Shown in pieces: positions 17,737 through 27,583 of a stretch of DNA of 64,000 bases. The stretch lies in contig JBBRCZ010000003.1 in the NCBI GenBank assembly GCA_038204425.1, positions 96,001 through 160,000 on the forward strand. Direction: 5' to 3'. The translations under genes were made by a program, and so were the position numbers. The DNA is from Spirochaetia bacterium (lineage in GTDB: Bacteria > Spirochaetota > Spirochaetia > DSM-27196 > Salinispiraceae). The notes under the pieces are model-generated. The model saw only the letters and a program-made list of their open reading frames with translations, made no database searches and was not told where the DNA came from. Each line of letters starts with the position of its first letter. Positions within the stretch are counted from its first letter, which is position 1.

Positions 17737-18480
17737 ATGTCCGGACATAGCAAATGGGCAACCATCAAGCACAAAAAAGGCGCAGCCGACGCCAAGCGCG
17801 GGCAAATTTTTACCAAACTTATCAAAGAAATTATGGTTGCTGCCCGAATGAGCGGGGGTGACATAGACATGAACCCCAGACTGCGCACCGTGGTACTCAA
17901 GGCTCGTGCCGCCAACATGCCCAAGGATAACATCGAGCGTGCTATCAAAAAGGGCACCGGCGACCTCGACGGACAAAGCTTTTCAGAACTGACCTACGAA
18001 GGCTATGGTCCTGGCGGCGTAGCAATTATTGTGGAAACCCTTACTGACAATAAGAACCGAACTGCTGCCGACGTGCGTAGTATTTTTACTAAAACCGGCG
18101 GCAACCTTGGTGCCGAAGGTTGTGTTTCCTACATGTTTAATCGCAAAGGAACGCTCAGTTACGATGCTCAAAAGTATAGCGAAGACAAAATACTAGAGCT
18201 GGCACTTGAGGCTGGTGCTGAGGACGTTGTTTCTGAAGGCGGCGGCATTGATGTAAGTTGCACACCCGAAGACTTTGAGGCTGTACTCGATGCACTCACT
18301 AAGGCTGGTTTTGAGCACGAAAATGCAGAAGTTGGTCTAGTCGCAGATACCTCGGTAAGTCTCGACAAAGAAACTGCCCGTAAGGCCATTAAGCTCATCG
18401 ACCTTTTGGAGGCCAACGACGACGTGCAAACGGTGTCGACCAACATGGATCTTCCTGACGACTTTGACATGGACGAATAA
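17737..18480 (+). CDS. yebC: YebC/PmpR family protein
   Basis: [40 protein letters not shown]. Confidence 0.97.
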   Translation: MSGHSKWATIKHKKGAADAKRGQIFTKLIKEIMVAARMSGGDIDMNPRLRTVVLKARAANMPKDNIERAIKKGTGDLDGQSFSELTYEGYGPGGVAIIVETLTDNKNRTAADVRSIFTKTGGNLGAEGCVSYMFNRKGTLSYDAQKYSEDKILELALEAGAEDVVSEGGGIDVSCTPEDFEAVLDALTKAGFEHENAEVGLVADTSVSLDKETARKAIKLIDLLEANDDVQTVSTNMDLPDDFDMDE

Positions 18481-18485
18481 CTATT

Positions 18486-18989
18486 ATGGTAAGAATTCTT
18501 GGGCTTGATCCGGGCTTGGCGGAAACCGGCTTCGGTATAATTTTGGCCCAAGGTTCTGTGCTCAGACATCTTGCTCATGGCGCTATTAGTACCGATGCCA
18601 AAATGAGTCTTGGAAGTCGATTGCATGTGTTATTCTTACGCCTTCAAGAGATATTTGCTCAATATCAAGTGGGAGAAGCATCAATCGAATCGCTTTTTTT
18701 TGCCAAGAATATCAGCTCTGCAATCCCAGTTGCCCATGCGCGAGGTGTCATGTTGCTGGCTTGTGCACATGCCGGCATTCCCGTTTGCGAGTACACCCCG
18801 CCAGAGATCAAACTCGCGGTCTGTGGTCACGGTCGGGCCGACAAAAATCAAGTTCAAGAGATGGTCAAAGTGCTGCTAAGTTTAGATTCAATTCCCAAGC
18901 CTAACCACGCCGCCGATGCCCTTGCGGCAGCGATTTGTCAGGCTCACCGCCGCGGCTTCAACAGTGCTCTGAGCAAAGGAATGGCATAA
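18486..18989 (+). CDS. ruvC: Holliday junction resolvase RuvC
   Basis: ILGLDPG..TGFG, IESLFF, YTP..IK, HAADALA. Confidence 0.96.
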   Translation: MVRILGLDPGLAETGFGIILAQGSVLRHLAHGAISTDAKMSLGSRLHVLFLRLQEIFAQYQVGEASIESLFFAKNISSAIPVAHARGVMLLACAHAGIPVCEYTPPEIKLAVCGHGRADKNQVQEMVKVLLSLDSIPKPNHAADALAAAICQAHRRGFNSALSKGMA

Positions 18990-19621
18990 TGATAACCATG
19001 TATAACAGCATATCGGGTACCTTGACTGGACGCTTGATAGAAACAGCCGGCCAACAAGCCTGTGTTGAGACAGGTGGTATTGAGTGGATACTAGAAATCA
19101 GCAAAAGCAGTTTTGTTGATCTGCCGGCCGAGGGCAGTCAAGTTAGGCTCTACGTCTATTGTCATACGCGAGAAGATCAAGCCTACCTATGCGGGTTTCT
19201 CAAGCTTGAAGAACGCCATCTTTTTTTGGACCTTCTCAAGGTAGAAGGCATTGGCCCCAAGCAGGCACTTAAGATTTTATCCGGAGCGCAGGTAGATCGT
19301 TTGCTCGTTTTGCTGGAAGAAGGCAATGTAGAAGGACTGGAGCAGTTGCCAGGTCTTGGAAAAAAAACCGCCCAAAAGATGGTACTAACTCTCAAAGGCA
19401 AGCTCAAGCTAGATGATGAAAGCCCGGCCGCTAAACAACGTAGCGCAACCATCGATATCGCCAAGGACTATGAGGAGCTAGCTCAAGCCTTGGTTCAAAT
19501 GGGTTATGATCGCAAACTTGCCGTTGTTGCGCTCAACAAACTCATACCTGAGTTCAAGGATTTTCCCAAAGCTCATCAAGAGCAAGAGCTATTGCGTCGA
19601 GCTATTATAGATCTATCCTAG
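18989..19621 (+). CDS. ruvA: Holliday junction branch migration protein RuvA
   Basis: [32 protein letters not shown]. Start overlaps the ruvC stop (TAATG); 18998 is an alternative. Confidence 0.95.
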   Translation: MITMYNSISGTLTGRLIETAGQQACVETGGIEWILEISKSSFVDLPAEGSQVRLYVYCHTREDQAYLCGFLKLEERHLFLDLLKVEGIGPKQALKILSGAQVDRLLVLLEEGNVEGLEQLPGLGKKTAQKMVLTLKGKLKLDDESPAAKQRSATIDIAKDYEELAQALVQMGYDRKLAVVALNKLIPEFKDFPKAHQEQELLRRAIIDLS

Positions 19622-19628
19622 GGGCAGT

Positions 19629-20714
19629 ATGAAATCTACACAAGAACGTACAGACAATCAGGATTTTGAAGATGCTGACGCGACGCTGCTCAAAAAAGAC
19701 TTTGTTGGAGGTGATGAGCAAGAAGAAAAGATTAGACCACGTCGACTAGAAGACTTTAAGGGTCAAAACAGTCTAAAAACTAACCTGTCACTGTTTGTTC
19801 AGGCCGCTCGGCAACGTAATGAAGCCTTGGATCACGTTTTTCTCAATGGTCCACCGGGTTTAGGTAAAACCACCTTAGCCGGCATAGTGGCCCAAGAGAT
19901 GGGAGCCGAGATCAGGTTTTCGTCAGCACCAGCCCTGGATAAACCACGCGACTTGGCCGGCATTTTGACCGCAATCACTCCTCGATCAATCTTTTTTATA
20001 GATGAAATCCACCGGCTCAAACCGGTTCTCGAAGAAATGCTCTATATTGCGATGGAAGACTTCGAAATAGACTGGATTATCGGCCAAGGACCTAGTGCGC
20101 GCAGCGTCAGGATCCCGTTGCCACCCTTTACTCTTATTGGTGCCACCACCAAGGCTGGGATGGTTGCAGGGCCCTTGATTACGCGCTTTGGAATCAATCT
20201 CAGGTTTGACTTATATCAAGCGGTCGAACTGCGAGAAATCCTAGATAGGTCGGCGCAGATTATGGATTGTAAGGCCGAGGGAAGCGCCCTTGATCTACTT
20301 GCACAATCCAGCCGTGGAACCCCTCGTGTTGCCAACAGATTGTTACGGCGTATGCGTGACTTTGCCCAAGTCCTAGAAAAAGGTGTCGTCAAAGAATCGA
20401 CAGTGGTCGAGGGACTCAAAAGACTCGGCATAGACCAACTAGGTTTGGAAGAACAAGACAGGCGTCTTTTACGGGTTATTATTGAACACTATCAAGGTGG
20501 ACCGGTTGGAGCAGAAACACTTGCCATCTCGTTGGGAGAATCCGTCGACACCATAGAAGACGTCTATGAGCCCTATTTAATCCAACTTGGTATGCTAAAA
20601 CGAACCCCGCGCGGCCGAGTTGCCGCCCCAAGAGCCTATGAGCATCTTGGTCTGGGCCTGTCAGCTGCCAATGAAAGTAGACTAAAGCATGAAGACCAAG
20701 GATTTCTTTTTTGA
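19629..20714 (+). CDS. ruvB: Holliday junction helicase RuvB
   Basis: [38 protein letters not shown]. Confidence 0.98.
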   Translation: MKSTQERTDNQDFEDADATLLKKDFVGGDEQEEKIRPRRLEDFKGQNSLKTNLSLFVQAARQRNEALDHVFLNGPPGLGKTTLAGIVAQEMGAEIRFSSAPALDKPRDLAGILTAITPRSIFFIDEIHRLKPVLEEMLYIAMEDFEIDWIIGQGPSARSVRIPLPPFTLIGATTKAGMVAGPLITRFGINLRFDLYQAVELREILDRSAQIMDCKAEGSALDLLAQSSRGTPRVANRLLRRMRDFAQVLEKGVVKESTVVEGLKRLGIDQLGLEEQDRRLLRVIIEHYQGGPVGAETLAISLGESVDTIEDVYEPYLIQLGMLKRTPRGRVAAPRAYEHLGLGLSAANESRLKHEDQGFLF

Positions 20715-21714
20715 ACTACCGCCAGAACTGATTGCCCAAGAACCGCTCAGTGAACGTGGGCAGTCTAGGCTCTTAGTGTATCGTCGCTCAGATGGCAGCA
20801 TTGAGCACAGTAAGTTTGACAACTTGCCAAACATCTTAGCCGCTGATACCTGCATGGTATTTAATAATTCACGTGTTCGCAAAGCACGCATTTTTGCGTG
20901 CAGTCAAACCGGTGCTCGATTTGAACTTGTCTTGATAAAAGCACTCGACCCTGAGCACAAGACTTGGCAGGCAATTGTAAAAAAGTCAAGCCGACTCAAA
21001 CTGGGCCAAGTACTGAGCTGTGAGGAAGGCATAAGTCTCAAAGTCGGGCCGGGTAGAGACGGTCTACACGAAGTGTATTTTGAAGCAGGCTTAGAAGAAT
21101 CTTGGCTTGAGCGCCATGGTCATGTACCTTTGCCACCTTACATTAGGCGTACTGACAACAAGCTAGATCAAGAACGCTATCAAACAGTTTTTTCTCGCCA
21201 TATCGGTTCGGCAGCAGCACCTACCGCGGCACTTCATTTTACCAAGCAAATTCTCGAAGCTATCGATCAACGCCAGATACAAAGGCTCGAGTTGACGCTC
21301 CATGTTGGCCTAGGTACTTTTTTTCCGGTAAGGGCCGACAGCATAGAAGACCACACTATGCACAAAGAGTCCTTTGAAATTCAACTCGAAGTAGCCCAGG
21401 CCTTGGACCAAGCCCGCAATGCGCGCAGACCAATTTTGGCTGTCGGCACTACTTCGGCGCGCAGCCTGGAATCCTCACTTGACGCAGAAGGCAAGATTCA
21501 GCACGGCCAAAGTGACACTTCTATCTTTATATATCCAGGTTATAAGTTTAGACTGGTCAATCAACTGCTAACCAATTTTCATACTCCAGAATCCACACTA
21601 ATAATGATGGTCTCGGCGTTAATTGGGCGAGAAGAAGTAATGCGCATTTATCAAGAGGCCATAAAAGAGCGTTACCGCTTTTTTTCATATGGCGATGCAA
21701 TGTTGGTTCTATAA
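20689..21714 (+). CDS. queA: S-adenosylmethionine:tRNA ribosyltransferase-isomerase QueA
   Basis: [43 protein letters not shown]. Confidence 0.97.
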   Translation: MKTKDFFFELPPELIAQEPLSERGQSRLLVYRRSDGSIEHSKFDNLPNILAADTCMVFNNSRVRKARIFACSQTGARFELVLIKALDPEHKTWQAIVKKSSRLKLGQVLSCEEGISLKVGPGRDGLHEVYFEAGLEESWLERHGHVPLPPYIRRTDNKLDQERYQTVFSRHIGSAAAPTAALHFTKQILEAIDQRQIQRLELTLHVGLGTFFPVRADSIEDHTMHKESFEIQLEVAQALDQARNARRPILAVGTTSARSLESSLDAEGKIQHGQSDTSIFIYPGYKFRLVNQLLTNFHTPESTLIMMVSALIGREEVMRIYQEAIKERYRFFSYGDAMLVL

Positions 21715-21716
21715 CT

Positions 21717-22349
21717 TTACTGCGGTATTGGAACCATCGGGTAGGTGTTGTTGTCCATGCTTCTAAATTCCTGCCTCACCAAGGATAGCTTAACTAGGTG
21801 CTTTTCTATTATGGCTTGGTAGTTTAATTCCCCCGACAAGATGCGAAATGCCTGATCTTCCCAAAGTTGCAGTTCTTCAAGACGAATCCAGCGATGCTTT
21901 TGCGTCTTCTTGGCGTCGTTAACGGCAAGCTCCCAATAGACCAAGGCAAATTTCATTAATGATTCAGCCTTATCAAGGCTTTCTAGGTTAAGTTCTTGCC
22001 AAGGCGCATTGTAGAAATAGGCAGCCTGTTTGTTAAATCGACTCGCCCATTGCAAATATGACTCAACTAACTGCAAATTGATATGCATATCAAAAAGGCT
22101 ACGATACTTCTCCCACTCATTCTTATCTTTGATGCGCGCCATGGCGTTGAGTGGATTGGCAAAATCGGCCCTTCGCGTTTGCTCAAGCCAATGAACATTT
22201 TCCGCAATGTCTTCATTGCCCTGAAGCAACTGTTGGTGGTAGAGACGGTAAAGTTGTTCTTTGTACATTAGGCGATAGGCCCAGGACTGACTGACAAAGC
22301 CAAGCAAGAGTAGACAAAGCATTAGCAGACGAATAAAAAAAGGCTTCAC
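21717..22349 (-). CDS. Hypothetical exported helical protein
   Basis: Signal-peptide-like N-terminus. Starts 2 bp downstream of tmk. Confidence 0.75.
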   Translation of the reverse strand: MKPFFIRLLMLCLLLLGFVSQSWAYRLMYKEQLYRLYHQQLLQGNEDIAENVHWLEQTRRADFANPLNAMARIKDKNEWEKYRSLFDMHINLQLVESYLQWASRFNKQAAYFYNAPWQELNLESLDKAESLMKFALVYWELAVNDAKKTQKHRWIRLEELQLWEDQAFRILSGELNYQAIIEKHLVKLSLVRQEFRSMDNNTYPMVPIPQ

Positions 22350-22351
22350 TC

Positions 22352-22990
22352 TTATTGTATCGGCGTGATATCCAAAAAAGTACAGATCTGTCTATGTTGG
22401 CTTTGAATGTCTTGTGAGCCATCTAGGCGCAATATGCTTACCAATGGGTAAAGCGTTTCTATTTTTTTCATAAGTTCCCGATAGCGAAGGGCTACTTTGT
22501 TAAGAAACTCGTCATTCTCATAAATTTCTGGCGCAATGTCTCGCTTTTTGCGTCGCTCGGCCGAGACTTCGATAGCAAGGTCGGCAAAAATCAAGTGCGA
22601 TGGCAGAGGAAATTTTTGGTTGAGTTGCCATACCTGCTCAGGATCGCTACTTAGACCTTGGTAGGCCAAGGACGAAGGAAAGTAGCGGTCGCTTATTACC
22701 CACTTTCCTGAATTTATGGCTTGTACCACGCCATTGTTGCCAAATATATGTTCTTGACGATCGGCAGCAAAGAGAAGCGCCATGGTCCATGCATCAACTT
22801 TAATTTTGCCCTGCAGGATCTGACGGATCAAAGTGCCAATCTCCGCTTTTTGAGGTTCACAACTTGCTATCGCTTGGTAGCCAAAAGCCTGCATCGCTTG
22901 GTGTAAGAGTGCGCTCTGTGTGCTGGTACCGGCACCGTCAATTCCTTCGATAACTACAAAGTTTTTCAGTATTTCTCTGTTACTTGCCAC
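22352..22990 (-). CDS. tmk: Thymidylate kinase
   Basis: EGIDGAGTSTQ, LLFAADR, SDRY, SSLAYQ. Confidence 0.93.
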   Translation of the reverse strand: MASNREILKNFVVIEGIDGAGTSTQSALLHQAMQAFGYQAIASCEPQKAEIGTLIRQILQGKIKVDAWTMALLFAADRQEHIFGNNGVVQAINSGKWVISDRYFPSSLAYQGLSSDPEQVWQLNQKFPLPSHLIFADLAIEVSAERRKKRDIAPEIYENDEFLNKVALRYRELMKKIETLYPLVSILRLDGSQDIQSQHRQICTFLDITPIQ

Positions 22991-23088
22991 TACCAGTCAC
23001 CTTTTTAAACGCACAGTCTTTGTGCTACATGCTATCATGCCGACCTTAACTATAGCTATATTATAACTGTAAGCAGAAAGGATTCCGT

Positions 23089-26000
23089 TTGAGAAGACCA
23101 TCCCGGATCAAAAAAGCCTTGCCTCTTATTGTTCTCGGGTTAGCTATACTTTCAGGAGCACTCTTGGTTCAGCCTTTGGAGTCTCTGTTGATCGCAAGAT
23201 TGGAACTGATCAAACAAAACTTGTTTTCGGATCTTGAAGCACGCTGGGGTCTGGTGGTCAGTTACGAAAAGCTTGATCCATCCTTGCTTTTAGGTATCAA
23301 GATAGTTGGGCTAAATCTTCGCTGGCGAGATGGTGAAGACTTTTTTTCTAGTCGTGATGTTTTTCTGGATCTCGATTTTTTTCAATTGTTACTTGGTGAC
23401 CCGCTAAAGGCCTTCAAAGCGATGGATCTTAGGGATGCGGAACTCTCAATGGACTTTGAGAATCAAAAAGAAAAACTGTTGCTACTTGGTCTAAGTCTTG
23501 ACGGAGACAAAGCCGCAGTTTCCAACAATCCTGACTGGACTGCGGAGTCAGTTTTGGATCTGCTGGCTCAAACCTTACCGACTGATGTCGACTTTAGGCT
23601 GCGAAATTTTCGCATTAAACTGCGAAGTGAACAAGGAAGCATTCGATTACAGATTGATACTGCAGCCTTAAAAAATCTCGAAGACGTGCTCAACTTGGAT
23701 TTTTCTTCTGACTATGAGGTTCGCCTAGCTGATGGCGTGTTTTTGGGTCAAAAAATAGCTGCGGATCAAGCCTTGATTAGTGCTAACCTTTGGTTAAAAG
23801 CGCAGTTTTTTAAGGATGTGAAACGCATTACTCTTGAGTTGGCAAGCAAACGTTTTCAGACACCTTGGTTTGATCTTAGACAACAAAGCTTTGCAATGAC
23901 CTTCACAGAAAAAGGCTTCAGGATTCAAAAAAAGGTCGATGAGCAGGCCTTTGACGCGTTTCTTAGCTTTGATGCACTCAAAGGTTTGGTCAACGTCTCG
24001 GTTCAGGCAAAAGAATGGCAGCCATCCAGCCTTTTGGACCTAAAACAAAAGACCGACAAAAATCTACTAGAACTGCTGAGTTCACGCTTAGATGCAGACC
24101 TAAACTTAACCTGGTCGCCAAGCAACAATGCCCTGCGTTACGATTTTAATGCCAAGGCCGCTGGAAGTCTTTTGCAATTGGGGCCTAGTACTGTCGAGCT
24201 TGTTGCCTCAGGCACTCATGAATCTAGTACGATTTCTAAGTTGGAACTAAAAAATTCGCAACTTGCGTTGTCTTACAAGGGATTGTACGCCTTTAAAGAT
24301 CACTCACTTAATGGATTACTAAAAGCAGATTATCTGGGGCTCAGTGACTTTCCTGTTCGCTTTGAAACTCAGCTACGTGGTAATCAGTATCTTGGTTATC
24401 AATTACTTCAAAACAGTCTCGATTTGGCGCAACAAAAAATAGTTTTTGATGAGACAGTTTTGATTAGCCGGGCCAATCAAGTTTTCTTGTCTGGGCGTTT
24501 ACATCCGCAAGGTGATGCCTCGCAGCAAAGCGTAGTGTTTGACCTCAAGTATAATCTAACAAATGGCAAGTTTGCCGAGTCTAGCTTTGATGTTCAGGAT
24601 TGGTTGATAGACAAGGATGATCCAAGTATACGCAAGGCATTGCGACTTGTCGGCTTAGCCGATTCTGTAATTGATGGAGAATTTGTACCAAAAACTGTCA
24701 GGGTTTCCTTGCAAGCCCGCCTCGACCAAAATAGACCAGAGCCAATTGAGATCGATAAGTTGGAACTCGTCGCCAATGGTCCCAATATCTCTTTGGTGAT
24801 ATCCGGGTCTTGGAAAGACCAAAAAATTGCACTGGACACGCTGATTGCAGAGCTAAACGGCATCAAACTTAAAGCAACTGGAAATTTAGATTTTAGAAAA
24901 AACGGCCAATTGAGTTTTGGTGGTGAGTTTAGTCTAAACGAAGCTACTAACGTACCGATTACTATCAACTATTCACCAGAAGGAACACTGGAACTCAGTT
25001 CGGAAAAGAAACTCTACGCCTTTGTAGAATTTAAATCAGGTTCTGCAAGCGGCTTTTTTCAAACCGAAACTTTTCCTCTGCAATACGGTGGAATTGCAAC
25101 TGGAATCTCCTCCAATGGTAGTTTTTCACTTGCTAGTGATGGTAATTGGAAAGTGGTAGTTAGGAGTTTAGACGCCGGCACCATTGCCTTTAACCCACTT
25201 AGACCCGACGCCCGCCTCCGCATTAAGGCCAATGACATTACCCTTGATTCTCGCGGAGGCAAGGTGGGAACACTCATCCTTCAAGACAGTTTTTCCATCC
25301 TAAGTGGACCAGTTAACCTTACTTGGCAGGGTGGGGCAGATAACGGCATGCAACTGGATGGTAATCTTGAATCAATGGGATCAGGTTTCTTAATTAATTC
25401 TCGACCCAACAAAGAAACCATCAGCATTAAAGGCAGCTTTAGCAGCGATAGTACACACTTGGCCGTTTCCGTAAAGGCTATGCCAATCCAGAGATTTTTG
25501 ATTCTTGGAATTGATGGTCTCGTGGACCTCGATGTAAATCTTGTTCAGAGCGACGGTTTGCTTTTAGTTGACGGGCTTGCCACGCTCAATAACGCAGCAT
25601 TCAATCGTAGCGAAGTGCAAGGTCAAATCCCTTTTACTTTTAGTAATCAGGTTCTTACTATCAAAGACATGTGGGTTAGCATGGATGCTGTTCGTTTTGA
25701 CATGCAGCAGTTTAGCTACGATATAGGCGGCAGCCGTTTAAGTTTTGCTGGTTTACTTGGTTCGGAAAGTGTGCGTAGTCAAGACCGAATTAACTGGCAA
25801 GGCGACTTGCAATGGAAGAGCGACGCTTTTCCGCAAGAACTAAAAGGAAGCTTACTTGCCAATAATTTACCTGACTATTTGTCTCCCAACAAGCAATGGA
25901 ATTTTGAACTGAGCACAGGAGCTGATGGTCAGAGTATTTCACTGATAGACCTTGAGTCGGGCCTAATCCGCGCTGGTATTCAGAACAACGCTGGGTTCTT

Positions 26001-27501
26001 TCTCGACTTGCAAAAGCCCTTGCCATTTTCTGCTCGCATCGAAGGTAGCCTAAAGGATGGCTACGTCGAGGCCAATATTCAGAACCTTGTCGTCGACATG
26101 AGCTTGAGCAAATTGCTGCCTTTTTCTGAAGCCTTTTGGCTAAGCAAGGGAACTCTAAGCGGATCGTTGCGCATGGTAGGAAACATTAATAATCCTGGCT
26201 TTTATGGAAACGTTAAAATCGAAAATGCAACTGCCCAGGTGGCGCAAGTGCCAGAACCACTTTTTTTTGAGCGGGCCTATGCAGTTTTTGAAGATCGAAG
26301 TATCCGTGTACTCCCGTTTTCGGTCAGTCAGGACAAGTCAATAGCGCGAGTAGAAGTCAAACTGCAACTTGACAACTGGCAAGCCCCGTTAACGGTGGTA
26401 GAGGTCTCCACCGAAAGTCAGCCTGGTGTGCGAGTCAAAGCTGAATTTCCCAATATTTCTATAGACGGTTACGCACAAGGGAACCTTAAACTAATCTTTT
26501 TCCCGTACAAAATGGAAATTACAGGCAGTCTGGTGGCCGAGGAAACTACCATTAGTCTTGCTCCAAATCAAATTGCCAATCAGTCTCAGCTTGAGTCTAG
26601 TTCTGACTCCACTGAATACTTTACCTTTGTGGATCTCTCGCTTGTTACTAGCAAAGGTGTTGAATTTATATGGCCAAATAGATCGTTACCTGTTCTGACT
26701 ACTTTTCTCGACATCGGACAAAAAATGCGCCTAATCTATGATGATGCGAGTGGATTATTTTCATTCAAAGGCCAAGTTAAAGGTAAGGGCGGAGAAATCA
26801 CTTACCTAAAACGTTCTTTTTACCTAAAAGAGACCTTAATTGATTTTAACGAAAATCAGCTTTCCTTCGATCCTATTGTAAGCTTAAGAGCAGAGCTTCG
26901 TTCCATCTATAACCGCAAACCAGCTAAACTGCTCTTGATTGTTGACCAAAATCGACTTAGTCAGTTGCAACCACGGCTGGAATCTGAGCCAGCATTAGGA
27001 TACAATCAGATAATCTCCTTGTTGACCGGAGGTACCCAAGTTGACGAGACGATTAGTATTGACACCCTAACAGGGGCTTTGCTAGAAACGGCGAGTCAAT
27101 ACGTTTTGATTAAGGAAGTTGAGTCGCGCCTTAGTAAGCTCTTGGGTCTTGACCTTTTTTCTATGAGGACAGGGATCGTCAAGAACGTGATCTATGATAT
27201 TGCAGATCAGTTGTCACCACTTGACAATGGAATTGTTTCACTTGGAAAGTACCTCGATGAGACTAGTTTTTTAGTTGGAAAGTACTTGGGAGAAGATTTG
27301 TATCTAGAAATGGGAGCAGGGTTTCAAAGTGATCAAACAAGCTTTAAACCATGGAATAAAGTGTTAGATATGACCATAAATCTTGAAGCGAGTCTCGAGT
27401 TCAAGACGCCCTATTTTGACTTACTATGGTCTGTAAAACCTCAGGACCTGCAGACCTTGTTTTTGAAGGACCAATCGTTTACCTTTACGTTTCGATTCTG
27501 A
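23089..27501 (+). CDS. TamB/AsmA-like translocation and assembly module protein
   Basis: 1470 aa, N-terminal anchor, beta-rich, DUF490-like C-terminus (GKYL...). Lies directly upstream of bamA. Confidence 0.8.
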   Translation: MRRPSRIKKALPLIVLGLAILSGALLVQPLESLLIARLELIKQNLFSDLEARWGLVVSYEKLDPSLLLGIKIVGLNLRWRDGEDFFSSRDVFLDLDFFQLLLGDPLKAFKAMDLRDAELSMDFENQKEKLLLLGLSLDGDKAAVSNNPDWTAESVLDLLAQTLPTDVDFRLRNFRIKLRSEQGSIRLQIDTAALKNLEDVLNLDFSSDYEVRLADGVFLGQKIAADQALISANLWLKAQFFKDVKRITLELASKRFQTPWFDLRQQSFAMTFTEKGFRIQKKVDEQAFDAFLSFDALKGLVNVSVQAKEWQPSSLLDLKQKTDKNLLELLSSRLDADLNLTWSPSNNALRYDFNAKAAGSLLQLGPSTVELVASGTHESSTISKLELKNSQLALSYKGLYAFKDHSLNGLLKADYLGLSDFPVRFETQLRGNQYLGYQLLQNSLDLAQQKIVFDETVLISRANQVFLSGRLHPQGDASQQSVVFDLKYNLTNGKFAESSFDVQDWLIDKDDPSIRKALRLVGLADSVIDGEFVPKTVRVSLQARLDQNRPEPIEIDKLELVANGPNISLVISGSWKDQKIALDTLIAELNGIKLKATGNLDFRKNGQLSFGGEFSLNEATNVPITINYSPEGTLELSSEKKLYAFVEFKSGSASGFFQTETFPLQYGGIATGISSNGSFSLASDGNWKVVVRSLDAGTIAFNPLRPDARLRIKANDITLDSRGGKVGTLILQDSFSILSGPVNLTWQGGADNGMQLDGNLESMGSGFLINSRPNKETISIKGSFSSDSTHLAVSVKAMPIQRFLILGIDGLVDLDVNLVQSDGLLLVDGLATLNNAAFNRSEVQGQIPFTFSNQVLTIKDMWVSMDAVRFDMQQFSYDIGGSRLSFAGLLGSESVRSQDRINWQGDLQWKSDAFPQELKGSLLANNLPDYLSPNKQWNFELSTGADGQSISLIDLESGLIRAGIQNNAGFFLDLQKPLPFSARIEGSLKDGYVEANIQNLVVDMSLSKLLPFSEAFWLSKGTLSGSLRMVGNINNPGFYGNVKIENATAQVAQVPEPLFFERAYAVFEDRSIRVLPFSVSQDKSIARVEVKLQLDNWQAPLTVVEVSTESQPGVRVKAEFPNISIDGYAQGNLKLIFFPYKMEITGSLVAEETTISLAPNQIANQSQLESSSDSTEYFTFVDLSLVTSKGVEFIWPNRSLPVLTTFLDIGQKMRLIYDDASGLFSFKGQVKGKGGEITYLKRSFYLKETLIDFNENQLSFDPIVSLRAELRSIYNRKPAKLLLIVDQNRLSQLQPRLESEPALGYNQIISLLTGGTQVDETISIDTLTGALLETASQYVLIKEVESRLSKLLGLDLFSMRTGIVKNVIYDIADQLSPLDNGIVSLGKYLDETSFLVGKYLGEDLYLEMGAGFQSDQTSFKPWNKVLDMTINLEASLEFKTPYFDLLWSVKPQDLQTLFLKDQSFTFTFRF

Positions 27502-27583
27502 GTAAAAGCAAGGTTTGAATCGGTGGAAGATGCCGCCATCGAGATTATGTTAAAAAACATAATAAAATTCGCAAGGAGTTTCT

